Of a stretch of DNA of 62,260 nucleotides, positions 15,988-23,775 are shown piece by piece. This DNA is from a virus (taxonomy: Duplodnaviria; Caudoviricetes). Every line of letters begins with the position of its first letter. The first letter of the stretch is position 1. The notes below the pieces were generated by a model. The model ran no database searches and had not been told where the DNA came from. It saw only the letters and a program-made list of their open reading frames with translations. Where the stretch lies: positions 1 through 62,260 of IMG/VR virus record IMGVR_UViG_3300048801_000006; one strand, 5' to 3'. The position numbers and the translations under genes were made by a program.

Positions 15988-18380
15988 AAAGTGAGCAGTT
16001 CTGGACGTGGTTCGACACCTTCGCCGCCCCGAAGCTCGGGACCTCCGAGGTCTTCCCGCGCGAGCGGACCTTCCGGAAGATGTTCGAGCATCTCGACTCG
16101 TTCGACCGACCGGTCCACATCATCGAGACCGGCTGCGTCGAGGACCCGGACAACTGGATCGGTAACGGCTGCTCGACCATCCTGTTTCAGAAGTACATCG
16201 AGACGCATCCGGCCTGCACCGCGCGCTCCGTCGAGATCATCCCGGAGAAGGTCGAGGTGGCGAAGAAGCTCTGCCCGAACGTCTATATGCACTGCGGGGA
16301 CAGCGTAGCGTTCCTCGGGGATCGAGACCTTTGGGATCATCCGGTAGATCTGCTCTACCTCGACGCCTCACACCATGACTGGATCAGGGAGGCTCCGTCT
16401 CAGGTCCATCATTACCGTGAGCTGATGGCCGCCTTGCCGCAGATGCACGCGCGGACCTTGGTGGTCGTCGATGACAGCGTGATCTCGGCCGACGATTATC
16501 CGCAGGCAAAGGTGATCGGCAAGGGCGGGCTGGTCGCGCAGTTCGCGCTTGAGGTCGGCGCGGATTTCGAGTTTTGCGACTATCAGGTCGGATTCACGAA
16601 CCTGACGAATGACGCGCCGAGGGACATGGATCAGGTCGAGGGCCTGATAGCCCGCGCGCGGGATCACGCGGAGGCTAACCGATCCATCGCCGCTGACCGG
16701 CTCTACCGGCTGGTCATGATCTCCACCCCTCCGCCGTGGAATGGACGCGCTCGGATCGCCCGAGGCGAGGCCTGCGCCAACTTCGCGCGCAACGCGCTCC
16801 ACATGAAGAAATACGGCGTGGCGATCGATTGGTACCGCTCCGCGCTGGACGCCGATCCCCGCGCCTCAGACTACCGCGTCGAGATGGTCCGGGCTCTCTG
16901 CGGTCTCGGTGCGCTGAACGTCGCGAAGCATGAGGCGGAGCTGGCCGCCAAGATCGAGCCGGAAAACCCGGCTGTGTGGTCATGCCTCGGCGGGGTCGAG
17001 GCGGACCTGATGAACGCGGAGGCTTGCACCGCGGCGTATGACCGGCAGCTCGGGGAGGCCGTCAAGCTGGATGACCCGGCGGCGATCTCGGCCGCGCTCC
17101 TGAACCGCGTGACCATAGCGGTCGATACGGAGGACTATGAGCTGGCCCGGACGCTCTGCTACCGGCTGATCGAGCTGGAGGTCCGCAAGGGTGACGCCTA
17201 CCACGTCCTCGCCATGATGGAGTACCGGCAGGCGAATCATGAGCGGTCCATCGAGCTGTTCGACAAGGCGCTGGCGGAGGGCGCGAGCAACCAGCCCATC
17301 GTTCACTGGAACAAGTCACTGCCGCTTCACTCTATCGGCCGGTACAAGGAGGGCTGGGAGGAGCACTATGAGGGCGGGATCAAGGAGGTCACGGTGCAGG
17401 CGATCTACGTGCCTCACCACCGATTCGCGCGTCCGGAATGGACCGGAGAGGCGTCGATCATGCTGGACCCGATCCTGAAAGAGGAGGAGCGGCCGACCGT
17501 CATCCACGTCCACACGGAGGCCGGCCACGGCGACAACATCGCGATCCTGCGCTACCTGCCGCTGCTGGCTGGGAACGGCTACAAGGTCCGCTACGAGTGC
17601 GACCCGTCGCTGATCGACCTCGTTAAGGACTCGATGCCGCAGATCGAGGTCATGCCGCGCGCGCTGGACTACCCGGGCGCTCTCGGGCTCAAGCCGTTCG
17701 ACTATCACATCCCCATCGGAGACCTGCCTCACGCCTTCGGGACGGACATAGACACGGTTCCGTGGTTCGGCCCGTACCTCAAGGCGGACCCGGACCTCAC
17801 CAGCCTCTATGGGCAGCACCTGACCGGCATCAAGGGTCGGAAGATCGGCCTGTGCTGGTCCTCCGGGATCAGGCGCAACCTGAACATATGGATGGAGCGG
17901 TACGGCTCGATGAAGTCGATGCACTTCCGGGACGTCGAGCGGCTGACGCACGATTCCGGGCCGGACGAGTTCATCTCCCTGCAAGTCGGTGACGGGCGCG
18001 CCGAGGGCCTTCCCGGCTTCGTCCGGGACGTCCTGCCGGAGAAGCCGACATGGGCGGAGACCGCCGCGCTGGTCGCTAACCTCGATCTGGTGATCACGGT
18101 GGACACCGCCATCGCGCATCTCGCCGGCGCGATGGGTAAGCCGGTGTGGGTCCTGATGCAGCGGAACGGCGCGAGCTGGCACTTCCTCTGCCACCGACCG
18201 GGGGCGAGCTGGAACACGTCCAGCCCGTGGTACCCGACCGCCCGGGTCTTCCGGCAGCACGACTTCGACAAGCTGGATTGGCGGGGAGCCGTGGATGATG
18301 TAGCAATAGCTCTCCGGGAACTGAGGGAGTCGGAAGATGGCGACGGCGAACTTAAACGACATGGCGATCCTCGCCACTGA
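15984..18380 (+). CDS. SAM methyltransferase-like + TPR + GT-B glycosyltransferase (GT9-like) fusion
   Basis: N-terminal IIETGC...GDSVAFL...DLLYLDA...VVVDD; central TPR-like helices; C-terminal E.GHGD.I..LRY, IGLCWS, LDLVITVDTAIAHLAGAMGKPVWVL, SPWYPTARVFRQ. Confidence 0.88.
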   Translation: MKSEQFWTWFDTFAAPKLGTSEVFPRERTFRKMFEHLDSFDRPVHIIETGCVEDPDNWIGNGCSTILFQKYIETHPACTARSVEIIPEKVEVAKKLCPNVYMHCGDSVAFLGDRDLWDHPVDLLYLDASHHDWIREAPSQVHHYRELMAALPQMHARTLVVVDDSVISADDYPQAKVIGKGGLVAQFALEVGADFEFCDYQVGFTNLTNDAPRDMDQVEGLIARARDHAEANRSIAADRLYRLVMISTPPPWNGRARIARGEACANFARNALHMKKYGVAIDWYRSALDADPRASDYRVEMVRALCGLGALNVAKHEAELAAKIEPENPAVWSCLGGVEADLMNAEACTAAYDRQLGEAVKLDDPAAISAALLNRVTIAVDTEDYELARTLCYRLIELEVRKGDAYHVLAMMEYRQANHERSIELFDKALAEGASNQPIVHWNKSLPLHSIGRYKEGWEEHYEGGIKEVTVQAIYVPHHRFARPEWTGEASIMLDPILKEEERPTVIHVHTEAGHGDNIAILRYLPLLAGNGYKVRYECDPSLIDLVKDSMPQIEVMPRALDYPGALGLKPFDYHIPIGDLPHAFGTDIDTVPWFGPYLKADPDLTSLYGQHLTGIKGRKIGLCWSSGIRRNLNIWMERYGSMKSMHFRDVERLTHDSGPDEFISLQVGDGRAEGLPGFVRDVLPEKPTWAETAALVANLDLVITVDTAIAHLAGAMGKPVWVLMQRNGASWHFLCHRPGASWNTSSPWYPTARVFRQHDFDKLDWRGAVDDVAIALRELRESEDGDGELKRHGDPRH

Positions 18381-18708
18381 CAGCGTGTTCGGCAGCCGGG
18401 TCTTTGCGGCTCTCATTCAGTTCTGCACGACCGTGGTGCCGAGTGAGACGATCACTTCCACCACGGTCCAGCTCCACGTAGCTCGCAAGAACTACGCGGC
18501 GCAGGTCCTGAACAACCCGAATCAGTACAAGCCGCTGTTCATCAACGCGGTCTCCTCGAACTCTATCGTCGCTAATGAGGCGACGGCGGCCGGGACGCTC
18601 GCCGGCATGACCGGCCAGCAGATCGCTACGGCGGCTCTGCTCTGCCTAGACACCGACATCAACAACGCGGTAGCGGCAGCGTTCAACGCGTTCATCTCCG
18701 GCATCTGA
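18337..18708 (+). CDS. hypothetical protein, possible fibre-associated protein or chaperone
   Basis: GGAG RBS; Ala-rich helical ORF directly before the Gly-rich protein. Confidence 0.65.
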   Translation: MATANLNDMAILATDSVFGSRVFAALIQFCTTVVPSETITSTTVQLHVARKNYAAQVLNNPNQYKPLFINAVSSNSIVANEATAAGTLAGMTGQQIATAALLCLDTDINNAVAAAFNAFISGI

Positions 18709-18751
18709 TTCGGCCTGACGCGGACTTAGCCGAACCGCCGGAGCTGCGCCG

Positions 18752-21706
18752 ATGGTCACTAAGGTCATCTTCCTAACCGCCGGAACGTCATGGACGATTC
18801 CGGGGGACTGGAACAACGGCAATAACTCCGTCGAGTGCATCGGTGGTGGTGGCGGTGGCGGCGGCGGTGACGCCAATGGTTCTGGTGCAGGCAGCGGTGG
18901 GGGCGGGGGTGGCTACTCCAAATCGACCAACGTAGTTCTTTCCGGATCAACCGTTTCCTATGCGATAGGTAGTCCCGGCTCGGGAGGGACCACCACTCCT
19001 ACGGCGGGTGGCAATGGTGGAGACACCACGTTTAATGCATCTGCAATTGTCGCGAAAGGTGGCAGTGGCGGTAGTGGCGGGGGCACCGCCATCGGTGGTG
19101 CTGGAGGTGTTCTAGGGACAGGAACAACTCGGTTCACTGGTGGAACAGGCGGTATCGGTGACGTTGCCGCCCCTTCTGGTGGTGGTGGCGGCGGCGGTGG
19201 TGCTGGCCTTCATGGAGCTGGGAATGTCGGTGGAACGTCCGGAGCGGGCTCGGGCGTTGGTGGCGCTGGGGGCACTGGAGATGCTGCTTTCGGCGGTAGC
19301 GCCGGGTCCAGTGGAGCCACTACTCCTACGGCTGGTGGCACTGGCGGTTCAGGCGCTGAATGGACGGCAACGAATACTTGGAACGGGACCACATACACCA
19401 ACACGACTCCGACAGGAGGGGCTGGCGGCGGTGGTGGCGGTGGGGGTGCCGCCAACGGAAGTGGAGATCGTGTCGGTGGTGCTGGCGGTAGCTATGGCGC
19501 TGGCGGTGGCGGCGGCGGATCGGATACCAATGCGCCATCTGGGTCGGCCGGTGGAGCCGGCACGGGCGGCCTAATCATCATCACTTACGTGTCCTTTATT
19601 GCGAGTGATCAGGGACTCCCGCAGACCTTCGCGAAAAAGCAGGCCAATCGATCCGGTGCTATCATGCGCGGCATAGATGAAGGCGTGTTCTCGCCGTTCG
19701 TCTTCTTCAACCCGACGCCGAAGTGGCCGCACTCCGCGCAGGACGTTCAGCCACCGGCACCGCGATTCGCTCAGCGCGCGGCGATGATGCCTAGTGACGC
19801 GGCTGACGGCGGCCGGTTCACTCAGATCAACTACCTTCCGTTCGGGTGGGAGGTTCAATCCGTTCAGCCTCCGCACATCAAGGTCGAGGCGCGGCACGGC
19901 GGCGTGGCGGTCGGCGAGCAGGGGACGGAGAACGTCTTCTACCCAGCGGGCTTGCCCTACTACAACTTCGGTTTCGAGAACCAGCCACCGCAGCCGCCGA
20001 GCCCGGTGCGGAGCTGGACCGGTTATCGCGGCGTCGGGATGCGCGGTGACGACGGCATCGTGAAGCAGTTCGCGAACTTCTTCCCGCTCGGGTTCGAGCA
20101 GGTCCCGCAGCCGCAGCCGCCGCGCTGGCCGCAGTGGAACATGCGCGGCCTGATCATGCCGAAGGATGACGGCACTCATGCGAAGTGGACCTATTGGGTG
20201 AGCGTCGGCTTCGAGGAAGTGCCGCAGCCGCAGCCGCCTCATCCTCGGCCGGAAAAGTCCGGTGCCGTCGCCTTCGGCGATCATGGACATCAGTACGTCT
20301 TTTATCCGCAGGCGATCTTCTATCAGTGGGGCTGGGACGTTCAGCCGCCGCAGCCGCCTAACCCGGTCAAGACGCCGCAGGTCCGCGCCGCCGCGATCAT
20401 GCCGCGCAATGACGGCAACCAAGGCACGTTCACGTTCTGGCGAAACTTCGGCTGGATGGTTCAGCCGCACCAGCCGCAGCATCGCGCGCCGGAGCTCAAG
20501 TTCGCGTCCATCGCTCCGCACGGCGATGACAGCAACTACGACCTCTACCGCCGCTGGTTCAACTTCAATTGGGAGAATCAGGCGTGGCAGCCGCCGCATC
20601 CGAAACCGGAGCGCAGTGGCGCGATCATGCCCGTCGAGCCCGGCAACGAATCGCTCTACGTCTACATCGTCGCCAACCTGATCCTGATGGGGTTCGATCA
20701 GGTCCCGCCGCTGGAGTCGTTCCGGGTTCGATATAATCGCGGCGCGGCACTCTCCAAGGATAACCTCGGGAACGTCGAGTCCGTGTTCTTCCTGCCTCCG
20801 CCCCCGATGGGTTGGGAGGTCCCGGCCTTCGAGCCGCGCTTCAACCGCTCTCCGTCCGGCTTCGCCGGGATGGCTCCGCGCGACGACGGCGTCTATGACC
20901 TGCTGCGCAACTTCCTGCCGTTCGGGTTCGAGGTTCAGCCACCGCAGCCGCCTTGGCCGCGCGTCCGGCTCGCCGGCGCGTTCGAGCCGTGGCAGATCAT
21001 GGCGGAAGCTCCGTTCTTCCTGCCGCCTCCGCCGATGGGCTGGGAGGTCGCGCCGCCGTTCTTCCGGCATCCCCGGCCGGAGCGGGCGGGAGCCGTCATG
21101 GCCGGCGAGCCGGGCAACGAGGCTCTGTATCAGTTCGTGACCCTGTTCCCGTGGGGGCATGAGCAGCCGTTCATCGCTCCTCGGGTAAGGTTCGAGCGGA
21201 GCGGGGCCGTCGCGCGGGGCTCGGACGGCACCGACGCGTTGTTTTCCGTTTTCCGGCCGGTAGGCTGGGCTCCGTCTGAGCCTGTCCTACGGCCTCGCTA
21301 CGGCTGGCACGGGCCGGAGGTGTTCGAGCAGGCGGTGGAGGCCTTCCCACTGTTCGCTCCGCTCCTGTGGGTCGATAACGCCAAGTTCGAGCAGATCAAG
21401 CCGTGGCCGCGCCGCGGTGGCGCTCTCGCGGTCGATCTCGAGATGACGAAGATACCGCCGCCGACGTTCGTGCTCGGAGCCTTCGACTTCCCGACCCCTC
21501 CGACCTATTACCGACGGCGCTACACCGGGGCGATCATGCCGTGGGAGAGCACGTTGTTCATCCCGCGCTACGCTCCGGTGTTCTACGCGACCTCGATCAT
21601 TACGCGGTACGGTGGGATCGTGAAGGTCACGCAGGCGTCCGCGCAGACCAACCTGACTTCGGGCGCGTCGAAAACCGTGGTAAAGGGCGAGAAGAAGGGA
21701 CAGTGA
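18752..21706 (+). CDS. polyglycine-domain protein with about 14 Pro/Gln/aromatic repeats (putative fibre/adhesin)
   Basis: aa 1-280: VECIGGGGGG...GGAG.GGLIIITY glycine-rich domain; remainder is about 39-aa repeats G(W/F)E.QPPQPP..P..ERSGA.M..DDG. Confidence 0.8.
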   Translation: MVTKVIFLTAGTSWTIPGDWNNGNNSVECIGGGGGGGGGDANGSGAGSGGGGGGYSKSTNVVLSGSTVSYAIGSPGSGGTTTPTAGGNGGDTTFNASAIVAKGGSGGSGGGTAIGGAGGVLGTGTTRFTGGTGGIGDVAAPSGGGGGGGGAGLHGAGNVGGTSGAGSGVGGAGGTGDAAFGGSAGSSGATTPTAGGTGGSGAEWTATNTWNGTTYTNTTPTGGAGGGGGGGGAANGSGDRVGGAGGSYGAGGGGGGSDTNAPSGSAGGAGTGGLIIITYVSFIASDQGLPQTFAKKQANRSGAIMRGIDEGVFSPFVFFNPTPKWPHSAQDVQPPAPRFAQRAAMMPSDAADGGRFTQINYLPFGWEVQSVQPPHIKVEARHGGVAVGEQGTENVFYPAGLPYYNFGFENQPPQPPSPVRSWTGYRGVGMRGDDGIVKQFANFFPLGFEQVPQPQPPRWPQWNMRGLIMPKDDGTHAKWTYWVSVGFEEVPQPQPPHPRPEKSGAVAFGDHGHQYVFYPQAIFYQWGWDVQPPQPPNPVKTPQVRAAAIMPRNDGNQGTFTFWRNFGWMVQPHQPQHRAPELKFASIAPHGDDSNYDLYRRWFNFNWENQAWQPPHPKPERSGAIMPVEPGNESLYVYIVANLILMGFDQVPPLESFRVRYNRGAALSKDNLGNVESVFFLPPPPMGWEVPAFEPRFNRSPSGFAGMAPRDDGVYDLLRNFLPFGFEVQPPQPPWPRVRLAGAFEPWQIMAEAPFFLPPPPMGWEVAPPFFRHPRPERAGAVMAGEPGNEALYQFVTLFPWGHEQPFIAPRVRFERSGAVARGSDGTDALFSVFRPVGWAPSEPVLRPRYGWHGPEVFEQAVEAFPLFAPLLWVDNAKFEQIKPWPRRGGALAVDLEMTKIPPPTFVLGAFDFPTPPTYYRRRYTGAIMPWESTLFIPRYAPVFYATSIITRYGGIVKVTQASAQTNLTSGASKTVVKGEKKGQ

Positions 21707-21707
21707 G

Positions 21708-22040
21708 ATGAGTCTAGCCGGATCGACCCAAGTTCTCGTGCGCGGCGCGACCATTCAGTTCGCGACGACCTTCTATGACGTCAACGGGGTGGTCCTGCAG
21801 CCGGACAACGCGACGGTGAACATCCTCCCGGCGCAGGCGACCACGCCGATCTCCGTCTCCATGACGCCTCCGAGCGGCGGCGGGGTCCAGTGGACGGCGA
21901 TGTGGGATACCCGCAACATCCCGGCTCCGCAGACGGTCTATTGGTCGATTCACACCGGGATCGGCGATCCGGTCCCCGTGACGGCCGAAGATGGTCAGTT
22001 CACGCTCTCCGCCAACCCGGCCAACCTCGCGAGCTTCTGA
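21708..22040 (+). CDS. small Ig-like structural protein
   Basis: Beta-strand pattern; translationally coupled on both sides. Confidence 0.6.
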   Translation: MSLAGSTQVLVRGATIQFATTFYDVNGVVLQPDNATVNILPAQATTPISVSMTPPSGGGVQWTAMWDTRNIPAPQTVYWSIHTGIGDPVPVTAEDGQFTLSANPANLASF

Positions 22041-22423
22041 TGAACCTGCACCAGATCGCCGGCCCGCTGATCGGTGCGGTCAACCCGATGACCCCGGTCT
22101 CCGTGAAGGTCTCGACCGGATGGACGACGAACCCGGACGGGACGCGAGTCCCGACCTACGCGGACCCGGTCTCGATCTTGGCGCAGGTCCAGCCGATCTC
22201 ATTCCGCGACATCCAGCAGATGGACGGCCTGAACCTGAACGGCAGCAGGCGGGTGTTCTACCTGTCGGGATCGGTCGAGGGCCTCAACCGCCCGACGAAT
22301 CAGGGCGGCGATCTGATAACATTCCCTGACGGAACGGTGTGGCTGGTCGCGATGGTCCTTGAGGGATACAGCTTCAGCGCTGGCTGGTGCAAGGTAGCGG
22401 CTACGCTGCAAAACGGGAGTTGA
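22040..22423 (+). CDS. head closure / head-tail joining protein
   Basis: MNLH.IA...I.AVNP...G.RVP.Y...AQVQP...GGDLI.F....WLV..VLE....WCK. Confidence 0.8.
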   Translation: MNLHQIAGPLIGAVNPMTPVSVKVSTGWTTNPDGTRVPTYADPVSILAQVQPISFRDIQQMDGLNLNGSRRVFYLSGSVEGLNRPTNQGGDLITFPDGTVWLVAMVLEGYSFSAGWCKVAATLQNGS

Positions 22424-22425
22424 AC

Positions 22426-23025
22426 ATGAACTTGATCTTGAACTTGAAAAACTTGATTGGGTCCGCGCTCGCGGTCCTCATCGCTCTGTCGGCTCCGGCG
22501 CGCGCGCAGGGCGTCGATCCGCTGAACATGCTCACCCCGCTCGGCAACTGCCAGATCAGCGCGGCGCAGCTCGTCGGCTCGGTCGGCCTCTCGGTCTGCA
22601 CGCGGTCCGTGATCGCGTCCGCGACCGGCTCCGGTACCAACCTGACCGTGACGACGCTGACCTCCGGCATCATCAAGGTCGGCGACGTCGTCGTCACCGG
22701 CGTCGGCATCCCGGTCGGCACGACCATCGTCTCTCAGACCAGCGGGACGCCCGGCGGCACCGGGGTCTACGTGACCTCCGTAGCGACCACGATCTCCGTC
22801 GCGGCTGCGAGCTTCGGCGGTGTCCCTCCGGGCGCGACCTACGCGTTCCTGCAGGCGGAGACGGCGAACGTGCGCTGGCGTGATGACGGCTCCGCGCCGA
22901 CGGCGGCCATCGGCAACCTCGTGCTGTTCGGCTTGGCGGGCTTCATCTACTCCGGGACGCTGCCGCGCATCCAGTTCATCGCGGCCTCCGGCTCGCCGAT
23001 CCTCGACGTGGCGTTCTATCGATGA
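22426..23025 (+). CDS. signal-peptide-bearing putative structural protein with one shared beta-domain
   Basis: Hydrophobic N-terminus ending ARA|Q; C-terminal VRWRDDG.APTA..G; located inside the tail operon. Confidence 0.7.
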   Translation: MNLILNLKNLIGSALAVLIALSAPARAQGVDPLNMLTPLGNCQISAAQLVGSVGLSVCTRSVIASATGSGTNLTVTTLTSGIIKVGDVVVTGVGIPVGTTIVSQTSGTPGGTGVYVTSVATTISVAAASFGGVPPGATYAFLQAETANVRWRDDGSAPTAAIGNLVLFGLAGFIYSGTLPRIQFIAASGSPILDVAFYR

Positions 23026-23762
23026 CGATCTCGGCCTCACCGACGACGTCGAACCTGCTGGCGGCGATGAGGTCCTTTCTCGTCGCCGTCGTGCCGTCCG
23101 ACGTTCAGGTGATCGCCGGCCAACCGAACCGCGTGGCCGAACCGTCCGTCCCGCGCTTTATCGTGATGTCTCCTCCGCGCTTCGAGCGGATCGAGTTCAA
23201 CACTGACGCCTATCTGGACTCGAAGTTCACCGCGGCGATCTCCGGGACGGTCATGAACGTCTCTGCTTTCGATCCGACCCTGAATGGCCCGATAACGGTG
23301 GGCTCGATCATCTACGGGGCTGACCTAGCGGTTCCGACGACGGTCACGGCTCTCGGGACCGGGACCGGCGGAACGGGCTCCTACACGGTCTCGCCGTCGC
23401 AGAATATCGCCAGCCGGACCATGTCGGCCGGTCAGCAGACCGTGACGATGCCGGCGAAGGCGACGATCCAGCTCGACTTTCACTCCGCTGATCAGACCTC
23501 CGGAGACCTCGCGAACACGGTCTCCGCGCTGCTGCGTGATTCGTTCGGCGTCAACCTGTTCGCGAATCAGTCACCCGCCTACGCGGTCCCGCTCTATGCG
23601 GATGACGCGCGTGAGCTGCCTTTCTACAACGCGGAACAGCAGCTTGAGTGGCGTTGGGTGGTGGATGCTTTGCTGCAAGCGAACATCGTGGTAAGCGTTC
23701 CGCAGCAGTTCGCGGACTCGGTGGCGCTGACCGTGACCGACGTTCAGGTGGCCTACCCATGA
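23022..23762 (+). CDS. tail terminator/neck protein with one inserted beta-domain
   Basis: GQPNRV.EP, IQLDFH, LLRD, PLYADD, NAEQQ.E.RW; directly before the sheath. Confidence 0.78.
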   Translation: MTISASPTTSNLLAAMRSFLVAVVPSDVQVIAGQPNRVAEPSVPRFIVMSPPRFERIEFNTDAYLDSKFTAAISGTVMNVSAFDPTLNGPITVGSIIYGADLAVPTTVTALGTGTGGTGSYTVSPSQNIASRTMSAGQQTVTMPAKATIQLDFHSADQTSGDLANTVSALLRDSFGVNLFANQSPAYAVPLYADDARELPFYNAEQQLEWRWVVDALLQANIVVSVPQQFADSVALTVTDVQVAYP

Positions 23763-23775
23763 TAAGGGGCTCCAA

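Noticed and set aside
20786-21049. Near-identical 36-bp pair as a possible DGR template/variable repeat
   Set aside because: Differences are synonymous and not adenine-specific, and no reverse transcriptase was recognised; it is an internal protein repeat
19571-21160. Long antisense ORFs (also 2379..3632, 17316..18416, 26960..28270, 30312..31334)
   Set aside because: Shadow frames of high-GC coding genes with no motifs or RBS; the opposite strand has recognisable proteins
19600-21300. Regularly spaced cagccgccgcagccg motifs as a CRISPR-like array
   Set aside because: Degenerate at third codon positions, in frame within a long ORF, and no cas genes
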